Shown piece by piece: positions 18,345 through 29,500 of a DNA stretch of 64,000 nucleotides. The notes under the pieces were generated by a model. That model made no database searches. It had not been told where the DNA came from and worked only from the letters and a program-made list of their open reading frames with translations. This DNA comes from Akkermansiaceae bacterium (GTDB taxonomy: Bacteria > Verrucomicrobiota > Verrucomicrobiia > Verrucomicrobiales > Akkermansiaceae): the NCBI GenBank assembly GCA_041739215.1, contig JBGSOI010000029.1, positions 4,820-68,819 of the forward strand, read 5' to 3'. The number at the start of each line of letters is the position of its first letter. The first letter of the stretch is position 1. The translations under genes and the position numbers were made by a program.

Positions 18345-19109
18345 TCAAGGAGCCTTCGCAGGAGCGAGGGTGATGGGGTCAAGCAGCGTCTTGGGATCGA
18401 GAACGTCGCCGGGCAACGTCTTGACGTGATCGGCTTCGAGTTCGGCGGCGTTGACGGATTTGCCAGCATTTTTGCGGGCTGCGGAAATTTCGATGGCCTT
18501 CGTTGCCATGTCGATGGTGACTACATCACCTGTGGAGTTGCCGAAATTGTTGCGGACGTAAGTCATGATTCCGGCGAGGTCTTCGGAGGCCATGCCGATG
18601 CCCTGCGGTGGCATGACACCATAGGTTTTCCCATCGCTGACAGGGCCGTCGAGACCGTTGAGAATGACCATCGCGAGGCGTTCGTTTTCACCTGTGACCC
18701 ACTTTGATCCGACGAGGGATGGAAAGGTGGAACCGTTGCCTTTCGCGTCCGCGCCATGGCAGCCATTGCACTTGGCGGAGTAAATTTTCGCGCCCTTGGC
18801 CATGTAGGCGGCGAGCGCTTCTTTCGGCACCGGGCCGGTGTCTTCGGCACCACCAGCGGGTGTGCGGACATAGCCTTCGCGGAAGGTCGCGTTGTAGGCA
18901 AACAAATCCCCTGCCGCGCCAAGGATCCCACCAGCGACGACGAGGACCACGCCACAGGCAACGAATGCCCAGAGAGAAATCGGCGCGATGCCGTTATCGA
19001 CGATCCGCTTTTCGCGGGCGCAAGCGGCCGCCTCGCGGACGACGCGGCCATGGGCCTCGGTCACGTTGATCGAGTCGTCGAGGTCCGGTTTTTGGTTAGA
19101 CGGAGACAT
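18345..19109 (-). CDS. membrane-anchored monohaem cytochrome c
   Basis: N-terminal TM, CNGCH, FPSLVGS, distal MPP, TYVRNNFGN. Confidence 0.85.
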   Translation of the reverse strand: MSPSNQKPDLDDSINVTEAHGRVVREAAACAREKRIVDNGIAPISLWAFVACGVVLVVAGGILGAAGDLFAYNATFREGYVRTPAGGAEDTGPVPKEALAAYMAKGAKIYSAKCNGCHGADAKGNGSTFPSLVGSKWVTGENERLAMVILNGLDGPVSDGKTYGVMPPQGIGMASEDLAGIMTYVRNNFGNSTGDVVTIDMATKAIEISAARKNAGKSVNAAELEADHVKTLPGDVLDPKTLLDPITLAPAKAP

Positions 19110-19147
19110 GGTTGAAAGTGAGTGATGAGAAGTTTAATTCAAGAGCA

Positions 19148-19849
19148 TCAGCCCTTTTTTTTCGCAGGCGCGAAGTCGAGAACCGCAGGAACCTTTTGAT
19201 CTTTCTTGAGCGAGAGAAGGTAGGAAACGAGCGCCTTGGCATCAGGGCCCGGGACAATTTCCATGCCGTCTTCACAGGCGACAGACAGGGCGTCGGCGGT
19301 GGGCATTCCCATGACTTTGCGTTCTTCAAAAAGGAACCGGAAAGACGGGCAAGTGGACTTCCAGCGCTGCGGCTCGGCACGCGGATTGTAGAGGTGGCCG
19401 TAGAGCCATTGCGCGGGATCGGATTTAGCGGCGTAGTCGGTTTCCACCCGACGAGCGAGGTTAGAAAGATCCGGCCCCATTCGGGAAACACCGATCTGGG
19501 CAAATTTTTCCCCTGCGAAATCGTAGGCATTCGTTTCCCGGCGGGTGTCGCCGCGGTCGGGATCGGCCTTGAGGCCACCCCAGTCCGGGCGGTAGAGATC
19601 ATTGCCGGCGTAAGTCGGGCGGATCACTTGCGAATGGCAGAGGTAGCAGCCGTTTTCGGCATAGACCATTGCGCCGTCGGCGATGCGGCCCGCGCGTTTC
19701 GGGATGAAAGTCCCGGTAATGCCATCGGTTGCTTCGTTGAACTCGATGGGTGCGAGGTTGCGCATCTTGATGAATGGCACGACGACCACGGCAAGCCATG
19801 CGATGCCGAAACTGGCGGATAGACCGAGAATGAAGGTGCGGAGACTCAT
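19148..19849 (-). CDS. CcoO/FixO-like monohaem cytochrome c (cbb3 subunit II-like)
   Basis: YAENGCYLCHSQVIRP, SRMGPDLS, WLYGHLYNPR; STCPSF where the family usually has SxMPxY. Confidence 0.85.
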   Translation of the reverse strand: MSLRTFILGLSASFGIAWLAVVVVPFIKMRNLAPIEFNEATDGITGTFIPKRAGRIADGAMVYAENGCYLCHSQVIRPTYAGNDLYRPDWGGLKADPDRGDTRRETNAYDFAGEKFAQIGVSRMGPDLSNLARRVETDYAAKSDPAQWLYGHLYNPRAEPQRWKSTCPSFRFLFEERKVMGMPTADALSVACEDGMEIVPGPDAKALVSYLLSLKKDQKVPAVLDFAPAKKKG

Positions 19850-19856
19850 TTTAAGA

Positions 19857-19891
19857 AAATCTGAAATTTGAAATCTGAAATCTGAAATTCC
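19857..19891. repeat. heptamer tandem repeat (AAATCTG-like, 4-5 copies)
   Basis: AAATCTG AAATTTG AAATCTG AAATCTG AAATTCC. Confidence 0.75.
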
Positions 19892-19894
19892 ATG

Positions 19895-21439
19895 TTAGTG
19901 GGCGGGCAGGCTACCGGGGCCGGCGTTGTCGATGTCGCCTTCCTCGCCGTGCGGGCTGGATCCATGGCCATGGGCGGAAACCAACAGCGTAGGATGCGAA
20001 CTGCGACGACCGAGACGCAGCCACATCAGCGTGAGGTGGATGAAGAAGAACACGTTGGAAATCAGGATGAAGCACCAAGCGATGGTCGTTCCCACGGCGT
20101 AAGGAAAGGCGCGGGTCGCGGCGCCTGACCATGGCTGCGTCCAGTCTTCCTGGCCGATGCCTTGTTGAAGTCCGCCGAGGATGGAGAACAGCACCACCGA
20201 GATCACGCCATAGACGGAGAGCAGGAAATGGATCTTGATGAGGCGGCGTGAGAGCCACTCGCGGCGGGTGATCCGTGGGACGATGAAGTAAACCGCTCCA
20301 AACATCACGAAGCTGAAAAATCCATAGAGCGCGAGAATTTCAAATCCGTAACCCGACATCGAAAACTGCGTCATCGGCAACGTGGATCCCGGCAAATTTA
20401 GTGCAACCGCGCAACCGGCTAGCACCAGCAAACCCACCACGCCCGCGAGGGTGAAGCGGAGCGAAGGACTCGCGTTCATCGTCTCCGAGCAGGAAGTCCC
20501 GGTGCGGAGGAGGTTGATGGACGCCGCGACGGCGGGAACGAAAATCAGGGCGGTCGCCGCAGCGCCGAGATAGGGAAGGAAATACGGAACCGGCGCACCG
20601 GCGAGTTTTTGCATTCCGGCCCATGGTGCGATGATGGCGAGCGACCAGAACCCGAGTTTCGCCAGCGAGTAGCTGTAAATCGGACGGCCGGTCACCTTCG
20701 GCGCAAGGTAGTAAGCCGTGCCGAGCGCGACAGGGGTGAAAAACAGGAACATCAGCGCGGATTTATACCAGGCATTGATACCTGCCGCCATCACCGGGTG
20801 GCCGGGGAGGCAATGCAGCAGCGTGTTCGCGGTGATGAAAATCCAAGGGAACCAGATCATCGCGCCTAGCAGATACCATTGGGAAATATAGACATGGCCT
20901 TCCGGGCGGACGCGGAACTGCACGAAGGACCAGATGATGATGACGAAATAGGTGATGAGCAGCGCAGGCCAGACGGCGGCGGGAAATTCCATCCATGGCA
21001 TTCCGGTGCCTTTGCCTGCGAGGATGCCCAAGATGCCGAATCCGACGACAAAGTTCCAGACGTGGCCGGCGGTTAAGATGAGGCCGGGAGCGGTGCATTC
21101 TTTGCGCGAGAGGCGCGCCATCATCCAAATGATGACCGCAAACGCGGCTTGGAATCCCCAACCGTAGATGAAGGCGTTGATGTGGGCGGGGAAAACGCGG
21201 CCGTAAGTGAGAAAAGCGAGATTTCCTGGAGCGAAGGAGATTCCGGTGAAGGGAATGGAGAACACCATCGCCTCGGGGCTGTGGATTTTCCACGAGGCGA
21301 GGATTCCCAGAACGATGGAGACCGCGAGCCACGCGGCCCCGCTGGTGAGGAAAAACATCACCGGATGGCGCAATGAGCGATCAATCCCGGCGCGGAGCAG
21401 GGCGTCTTGATCTGAGGTGGTGGATGAGGCGGATGACAT
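19895..21439 (-). CDS. CcoN-like (cbb3 subunit I fold) membrane protein lacking the catalytic ligands
   Basis: About 12 TMs; TYGRVFPAHIN, YISQWY, YYLAPKVTGRPIYSYSL, FWSL...WAG, GAVYFIVPR and IHF follow CcoN, but the CuB and haem b3 histidines are absent. Confidence 0.85.
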   Translation of the reverse strand: MSSASSTTSDQDALLRAGIDRSLRHPVMFFLTSGAAWLAVSIVLGILASWKIHSPEAMVFSIPFTGISFAPGNLAFLTYGRVFPAHINAFIYGWGFQAAFAVIIWMMARLSRKECTAPGLILTAGHVWNFVVGFGILGILAGKGTGMPWMEFPAAVWPALLITYFVIIIWSFVQFRVRPEGHVYISQWYLLGAMIWFPWIFITANTLLHCLPGHPVMAAGINAWYKSALMFLFFTPVALGTAYYLAPKVTGRPIYSYSLAKLGFWSLAIIAPWAGMQKLAGAPVPYFLPYLGAAATALIFVPAVAASINLLRTGTSCSETMNASPSLRFTLAGVVGLLVLAGCAVALNLPGSTLPMTQFSMSGYGFEILALYGFFSFVMFGAVYFIVPRITRREWLSRRLIKIHFLLSVYGVISVVLFSILGGLQQGIGQEDWTQPWSGAATRAFPYAVGTTIAWCFILISNVFFFIHLTLMWLRLGRRSSHPTLLVSAHGHGSSPHGEEGDIDNAGPGSLPAH

Positions 21440-21464
21440 CGGATTTGAAATGCTGAAATACTAA

Positions 21465-21629
21465 CCTAGGAAGGAAAATTGAAACCACGAAGGACACGAA
21501 GAGACACGAAACATACTGTTTTCGAGAGGTTTGGATGAGTCACCCAAGCGGTGAAAGCGAATCGACTCATCTCGCTTTCTTCCTTCGTGATTCTTGGTGT
21601 TTTTCGTGGTTTGCATTTTCCCGTTTAGG
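21465..21629. repeat. 165-bp imperfect inverted-repeat (hairpin) element built from CACGAA units
   Basis: 46-bp arms at 21465-21510 and 21584-21629 match at 35/46 without gaps; inner stem GATGAGTC (21534-21541)/GACTCATC (21564-21571). Confidence 0.75.
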
Positions 21630-21630
21630 A

Positions 21631-22386
21631 TTAAGGCTTGGTCAGCTCTTGGACGGTGACTTGCGGTTTGCCGACTTCGCTGCGGAGCGCGGCGACCTGC
21701 TCGGGTTTCACGCCCGAGGCTTTGTTGCCGAAATTGTTGCGGATGTAGGTGAGGACACCCGCGATTTGTTCGTCCGTTTGGAAAGCCATGGGAGCCATGC
21801 CGCCGGGCATGTTGTATTCTTTTCCGGCGACGGTGATGGCACCGACTAGGCCGCGAAGCTGCATGCGGACGAGATTGGAAACCGGACCCGTGACCCACTC
21901 GGAGTTTGCAAGCGGCGGGGCGATGGGAGTGCCTTCACCATTCTGGCCGTGGCAGGCAGCGCAAAGCATGAAGGCCGCTTTCCCGACTTCCATCAGCTTG
22001 GGATCAAGCGGTTCGTCGGCGGCTGGGGCTTTGTCGATGGCAGCGGTATCCACGGCGGGAGCAGCGGCCATTTTCTTGGAAGTTTCCGAGCCGGGAACGA
22101 TCTGCTCCGGCTTTTCCACGGCGGCGGGCTTGGCACTAACGAGTTTTTTTGCCTCAGCGAGGATTGCGGCATCGATGGCTTCAGAAGTCAGGTTCGCAGA
22201 TTGGGCGGCGTCGATTTTCGCCTTGGTTGCGTAGCGAGGCTTCGCGGCTGCGTCTTCCATGGTAGCTGGCTCGGAGCGGTTGAAGAGCCAGATTACCGCA
22301 AGCAACGCGGCGAAGATGAAAAAGGTGCCGAGTCCCCACCAGAATGTGGTGAAGCGGATGATCGCATTGTCGCGGGTTGGGTCCAT
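21631..22386 (-). CDS. membrane-anchored monohaem cytochrome c with a possible ActG-like N-terminus
   Basis: TM helix plus helical stalk, CAACH, APPLANSEWV, distal Met (GGMAPM), TYIRNNFGN; lies directly after actF. Confidence 0.8.
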   Translation of the reverse strand: MDPTRDNAIIRFTTFWWGLGTFFIFAALLAVIWLFNRSEPATMEDAAAKPRYATKAKIDAAQSANLTSEAIDAAILAEAKKLVSAKPAAVEKPEQIVPGSETSKKMAAAPAVDTAAIDKAPAADEPLDPKLMEVGKAAFMLCAACHGQNGEGTPIAPPLANSEWVTGPVSNLVRMQLRGLVGAITVAGKEYNMPGGMAPMAFQTDEQIAGVLTYIRNNFGNKASGVKPEQVAALRSEVGKPQVTVQELTKP

Positions 22387-22402
22387 GTGGGAAATTGAAA
22401 TA

Positions 22403-23713
22403 TCAGTTGGAGACGTTCGCGGACTCGAGGATGCGTGGGTCGCGGTTCGGGTAGAGCGAGTGCTGGCCGAGGGCCCGGATCAGGAAGAAGACAAAGCCCG
22501 CACCGATGGTGATGAAGGCAAGGATGTCACCCCAGAACGCGCCGGGAATGGAGACTTGGATGTCGCCGAAAGTTTTAGGGTCAATGTTTCCTAACGAGAT
22601 CCCGCGCTCAGGGATGACGATGAGGTAGTGATCCAGCGCGTGCATCGCGAGGGTGTAAACAGCGACGATGGAGAGCAGTTTGGGATTTTTCTTCAGCCAC
22701 GCTTGGAGCAGGACGACGAAAGGAACGACGAAGTGACCGAAGACGAGGAAGTACATCGCGGTGTTCCAGTTGCCGGTGTTACGGATGAGGAAATATTTGG
22801 TTTCCTCGGTGATGTTCGCATACCAGATCAGGAAAAACTGCGAGAAGGCGATGTAGGCCCAGAAGGTGGTGAAGGCGAACATCAGCTTGCCCATGAGATG
22901 GAAATGCTCGGGGCCAGTGACGTGCTTGAGGTGGCCCATGCTTTTTAGCCAAGTGCAAACGAGGACGATGACAGCCATCGAATTCAGCGCAGCTCCGGCG
23001 AAAAGATAGACGCCCCACATCGTGGAAAACCATGTGTAGTCGAGGCCCATCGCGAAATCGAAACCGGTGAAGGTGATCGTCAGCGCGAAGATGATGAGCG
23101 GGTAAGTCGAGTGGTAACGGGCGGTGAGCAAGCGAGCGGTGCCGGGGTTCGGATCGGTGTCTTGAGCGGTAGAAAGTTTCCGCAGGCCGATGATGACCGC
23201 GCTGAAAACGATGGCGTAGAATGCCACGCGGAAATACCAGAACGGGATGTTCAGGTAAAATGACTTCGCGTATAGCAGGTGGTCGTGGTGATGAAGCCAT
23301 TCCTTCACATTTCCCTCGGCGGAGCGGTGCGTATTCATCCACTCGTAGAGCCAGTGCTGCACGCCGGGAATGAGCAGCGGGATGCTGAAGAGCATCATCC
23401 ACGGGAAGGTCGAGCCTACATTTTCAAACACCCGGCGGACGGATGTTCCCCAGCCGGAGTTCGAGACGTTGTGAAGCAGCGTCCAGAAAACGCCGCCGAT
23501 TGACAGCGTGAGGTAAAAGTAAAACGCGAACAGCCATGAGTAGGCGTAGGTGCCTTGCCAATTTTTCGGGCCGACGAAAAGCAGATAAAGACTGATGACC
23601 GTGCCGACGACGGCGATGAGCGCGGCGGCGTTTTTGACCTTCGATACCTTGGAATGGTCGAGGTGGTCGCCGTTAATCGCGATGTCTGCGGAGGTGACGT
23701 GGTGGTGAGCCAT
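22403..23713 (-). CDS. actF: alternative complex III subunit ActF
   Basis: SGWGTSVRRVFE, LYEW, YLN.PFWYFR, WFSTMWG, FWAYIAFSQFFLIWYANITEET. Confidence 0.9.
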   Translation of the reverse strand: MAHHHVTSADIAINGDHLDHSKVSKVKNAAALIAVVGTVISLYLLFVGPKNWQGTYAYSWLFAFYFYLTLSIGGVFWTLLHNVSNSGWGTSVRRVFENVGSTFPWMMLFSIPLLIPGVQHWLYEWMNTHRSAEGNVKEWLHHHDHLLYAKSFYLNIPFWYFRVAFYAIVFSAVIIGLRKLSTAQDTDPNPGTARLLTARYHSTYPLIIFALTITFTGFDFAMGLDYTWFSTMWGVYLFAGAALNSMAVIVLVCTWLKSMGHLKHVTGPEHFHLMGKLMFAFTTFWAYIAFSQFFLIWYANITEETKYFLIRNTGNWNTAMYFLVFGHFVVPFVVLLQAWLKKNPKLLSIVAVYTLAMHALDHYLIVIPERGISLGNIDPKTFGDIQVSIPGAFWGDILAFITIGAGFVFFLIRALGQHSLYPNRDPRILESANVSN

Positions 23714-23733
23714 TTTTGATGAGGTTCAGGAAA

Positions 23734-24378
23734 TTAGTTGGCCTTGGTGGCTTTGGCGGTCTGCAAGGCGCGGACGTAGGCAATGATGGCCCAGCGGTCG
23801 CGGATGGGAATGTTGTAGCCGTAAGCGCCCATCATGCCTTTGCCGTTGGTGATGGTTTCAAACATCCGGCCATCCGGGTAGGCGGCGGATTTGAAGTTAT
23901 CCAAGTGGAAATTCGCGATGCCGGGGACGCCGTATTGGCCAGTGACGCCTTGGCCGTCGCCGGAGGCACCGTGGCAAACGGCGCAGAAGATGGCATAGCG
24001 TTCCTTGCCACGATTGATGAACGCGGCGGCGGATTCGTCGGTGAGTTTGAGTTCGTCGGGCGTGCCGCTGCCGAAATAATCGCCGACGTGGCCAGTGTAG
24101 TAATAGCCCGACTGGCCGCCGAATTCGTATTCGGGAATGCCGCCGATTTCCTTGGCTCCGCTCTCGTTGAGACCGCGCGGCTGGGTTTGGCCGACAGGAA
24201 GGCGGCTGCCGTGGTTGTCGGCAAAAAATGCGTCTGGCTTCTGGGCCTTCACTTTGTCCTGCTCATCCATGTCTGGAAAAACGCGGACCGGCGGCTTCGA
24301 GAATTTCTGCCCGTGGACCCCGAAGATCCCGACGACGAGCAACGCGATGAGTGCGTAAGCGAGGAAAAAGTAACGCAT
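23734..24378 (-). CDS. actE: alternative complex III monohaem cytochrome ActE
   Basis: PDMDEQDKVKAQ, RGKERYAIFCAVCHG, ITNGKGMMGAY, DRWAIIAYVRALQ. Confidence 0.9.
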   Translation of the reverse strand: MRYFFLAYALIALLVVGIFGVHGQKFSKPPVRVFPDMDEQDKVKAQKPDAFFADNHGSRLPVGQTQPRGLNESGAKEIGGIPEYEFGGQSGYYYTGHVGDYFGSGTPDELKLTDESAAAFINRGKERYAIFCAVCHGASGDGQGVTGQYGVPGIANFHLDNFKSAAYPDGRMFETITNGKGMMGAYGYNIPIRDRWAIIAYVRALQTAKATKAN

Positions 24379-24388
24379 CTAGTTGAAG

Positions 24389-24416
24389 AAATTTGAGATT
24401 TGAAATTGGAGTTTTG
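24389..24416. repeat. degenerate heptamer tandem repeat
   Basis: AAATTTG AGATTTG AAATTGG AGTTTTG. Confidence 0.6.
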
Positions 24417-24423
24417 AGAACAT

Positions 24424-24981
24424 TCAGGCGTCCTCTTCTTCGACGAGTTCGATGTTGGCACCGCCGATGTCCGCGAGCAGGTCGCGGGTTCCGTTGGGGC
24501 TGAATTTCGGGTCGCGGGCCTCGATGGCGATGAAGAATCCATCGTCGGTGGCGCGGTGGAATTGGCGACTGGCGAAGAGCGGGTGGTTCAAACGTGGGAG
24601 CTGGATCAAGGCAAGCAAGCCGAACAGCGTGGTGAAGCCGGAGAACAAAATCGTCAGCTCGAACATGATCGGGAAAAACGCCGGGACGGTGAAGATGTTC
24701 GCGGGTTTTGCCTGAACGACGGTCGGGTAAATGACGACTTGGGTCGAGTAAGCGAGGACGAAGGCGGTGATGGTTCCGGTGAGGCCGCCGAAGAAGACGA
24801 ACCAAGGTAAAATCGAGCGTTTCATCCCCATCGCGCCGTCCAAGCCGTGCACGGGATAGGGCGAATAGCAGTCCCATTTCTTGAAACCGGCGTCGCGGAT
24901 TTTCTCCGCAGCCTTGTAGAGGGCGGATGCGTTCTTGAACTCGGCTAGGTAGCCATAGACGCGTTTGCGGGTGGTGCTCAC
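24424..24981 (-). CDS. actD: alternative complex III subunit ActD (DUF3341)
   Basis: YSPYPVHGLD, PAFFPIMFELTIL, RATDDGFFIAIE; GTG start. Confidence 0.9.
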   Translation of the reverse strand: MSTTRKRVYGYLAEFKNASALYKAAEKIRDAGFKKWDCYSPYPVHGLDGAMGMKRSILPWFVFFGGLTGTITAFVLAYSTQVVIYPTVVQAKPANIFTVPAFFPIMFELTILFSGFTTLFGLLALIQLPRLNHPLFASRQFHRATDDGFFIAIEARDPKFSPNGTRDLLADIGGANIELVEEEDA

Positions 24982-25011
24982 GGTGAGGAGTTGAAAGTTA
25001 TTCGTTAAAAG

Positions 25012-26487
<1,476 letters not shown>

Positions 26488-26523
26488 GGTTAGGTGGAAA
26501 TTGGATTCTCTGGGAAAAAGGGC

Positions 26524-29500
26524 TCAGACCATGTGGACGGTCGCCTTGCCGATGAACTTGGCGTCCGGCATTTGCGGATTCGGGTTCTTGACGCGGGCCA
26601 GATAGCTGGTCCGCGGGCGGGTGCCGATGTAGTTGAGGAGGTCGTAGTTCCGCTCGATGTGCTTGCTGCGGACCATCTCGGATTTGTCGCCGTCCAGCAG
26701 GTTGCCGAAGGTGATCGCGTTGGCCGAGCAGGCGTCCTGACAGGCAACCTTCACGGAATCCACCGGAATGCGGAAGGTGTGGAGATCGACCTTCATCTCG
26801 GTGGATGGCTTGCCGGCGACGAGCGCTTCCTGTTTCTGGCCGCGCTTCTGGCGGATCGTCGCGTCCTTGAGGCGCTGCACGCAGTAGGTGCACTTTTCCA
26901 TCACACCGCGCATGCGGACGGTGACGTTGGGATTCTTCTGGAGGTGCTGAGCCTCGCCGACCTGCGTCTTGCCGAATGGTCCCTTGTAAAGGTTGTGGGT
27001 GATGAGCGGGTTGCGCTTGTTGTAGTCGAAATAGTTGAACCGACGAGCCTTGTACGGGCAGTTGTTAGCGCAGTAACGGGTGCCGATGCAGCGGTTGTAG
27101 GCCATCGCGTTGAGGCCGTCCTCGGTGTGGATGGTGGCGTTGACCGGGCAGACGGTTTCGCAAGGCGCGAACTCGCACTGGACGCAAGCGACCGGTTGCG
27201 GAACGAGAGCCGGATTGTCCTCGTCGAAGGTGTTGTCCTTTTGCGCGGCGAAATAACGATCCATTCGGATCCAGTGCATTTCGCGGCCCATGGCGACCTG
27301 CTTCTTGCCAACGATCGGAATATTATTCTCCGCCTGGCAGGCGACGAGGCAGGAATTGCAGCCGGTGCAGGAGGACAGATCGATCGACATCGCCCACTGG
27401 TGAAGCGGATCGTTGATCAGCGGTTTGCCGTCGCGGTCATGAGGCTTGTAGAGGGAAACGTTCGGCGGTGCGTGCGAGTCGTTGCCTTGTTTCGGGACGT
27501 TAGCTAACTGATCGGCAAACGTACCCTTTTCCTCGTCATCCTGGGTCGAAACCTCACGGGCCAAAGCACGGCCATACATCGCATGGTGCTCCTGGATCAG
27601 CGCAACCGAGTAGCGTTTCCCCGTCGGGGTGACCTTCGCGCCGGTGGCGAAATAGGGGGTGGCGACCGTGCGCAACGGATAGGCGTCGAAGCCGCAGTTC
27701 ACGCCGACGAGACCGACGTGGGAGGCGTTCTTCGGACCGCGCTTGAGTTCGTCGTTTTCATCGAAGCCCTGACCATAGCCGAGCGGGATCACCAACGTGT
27801 TTTCAGCCTGACCGAACGAGACGAGAACCGGGATTTCCAGCGTCTGTCCGTTCACCTCGATCTTGATCATCGGCGAGGTGCGGTTCTGGGCCTCGTCGTC
27901 CGGAGAGCGCGATGCAAATGGAGTTTCGAGGCCGATGATTTCGTCGTAGATTCCGAGTTCCTTGGCGGTCTTCGGCGCGACAAGCGCGACGTTGTCCCAG
28001 GTGAGTTTGGAAATCGGATCGGGTGCTTCCTGGAGCCAGCCGTTGTCGATCCAGCGGCCGTCGAAGACCGACGAGTCGGTGGCGAAAATCACCTCCAGCG
28101 CGTCCTTGGTCGGCGGCGTGGCCACCATCGGTGTTGACATGTCACCGCGCGATGGCGGGCTGACAATTGGATAGGCCGAGCCGGCGAGGAAACCGTCACG
28201 CAGCAGCTTCTTCCAAACCGTGTCCCCTGCCCCGCCGACCGCGGTGAAGGTGGCGCGAACCGCGGTGTAGGCGGGAGATGGAGCCCCCTTCTCACCCTCG
28301 CCATTGAGCAGCTTGCCGTCTTCCGACAACAAAGCTAACAAGAGTTCCAGTTCGGACACGCAGTCCTGATAGAGCGGCAGGATCATCGGCTGAACCACGG
28401 TGTGGATGCCGCTGGCGCTGCGCGCGTCCGACCACGATTCGAGATAGTGGGCGGCGGGCAGGTGCCAGGTCGAGGCATGCGCCGTGGCGTCAGTGCGCAT
28501 TCCGAGATGAATGCTGGTCTTCAGCTTGGCGAATGACTCGGCGAACTTGAGATCGGCCGAAGCGTCGTAAATTGGATTCGATGGAGTCAACAGGACGAGT
28601 GTTTCAACGGCACCGGAATCGAGGTCGGCCTTGAGAGCTGCCAGATCGCCGAGACCTTTGGTTTCCGTCTGGACGGCGAGCAATGGCTTGCCTTCGCCGA
28701 TGTTGCCGAGGGCGACGTTGATCGCATGAGCTAGAAGATGGACCGAAAGCGTCTGGCGCGAGCCTGGCAGCACCATCGACTTCCCGGCGTTTTCCTTGAG
28801 ATCCGCGACCAAGCCATTCACCCACTCGACTTGCTTGGGATCGGAAAGCTCGGTAACCACGGCAGCCACTGCGGCTTTCACCCCGAGCGCGCGGGCAATT
28901 TGTGCGGCCACGGCATTCACCTGGCCCGGTGAGACCCGCAGCCGGTGATCCGCCATGCCACCGGTTAGGGTGAATGCGGCTTCCACCGCGTAGAGGCGGT
29001 TCATCGTCGAAGCGTCTGCCTTGGCATTGTAGCCCTTTCCTTCCGGCTTGCGGCGGTCGAAAAACGGAGTGACCGGTCCTTGTGGATCCGTCCCGGCGAA
29101 ATCACAATCGAGCGAGAGAATCCGGTCCGCCTTGGCGAAATCAGCCACAAGCTTCACCCCGTCACCCAAAGCGATGTTGGACGCCCCGCCGCTGAGAGCT
29201 TCGTATTGATAGAACTTCGCTGCAGAAAATTTCGCGGCCAGTTCCTTGGTCAGGCGGGCACGGGTCGGGCTGTCGTCGGCACCGAACACGAACCCGATTT
29301 TCGCGGCCTTGTCCGCTGCCAGCGCGGCCACGACCTTTTCGAAATCGGCACGTGGCGCGGTCTTCCCGGCGTTGAGAATCGTCCGCGAACGCGAAGGCGA
29401 GTAGAGATCCAGGATCGAAGCCTGGGCGAAAGCGTCGGTTCCCTCGGCATCCGGATGGAGCTTGTTAGGAGCGACCTTGGTCGGGCGGCCTTCGAAGGTC

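Noticed and set aside
19895-21439. Calling the ccoN-like gene a pseudogene or a functional cbb3 oxidase
   Set aside because: The frame is intact with conserved structural motifs, so not a pseudogene; the ligands are absent, so not catalytic.
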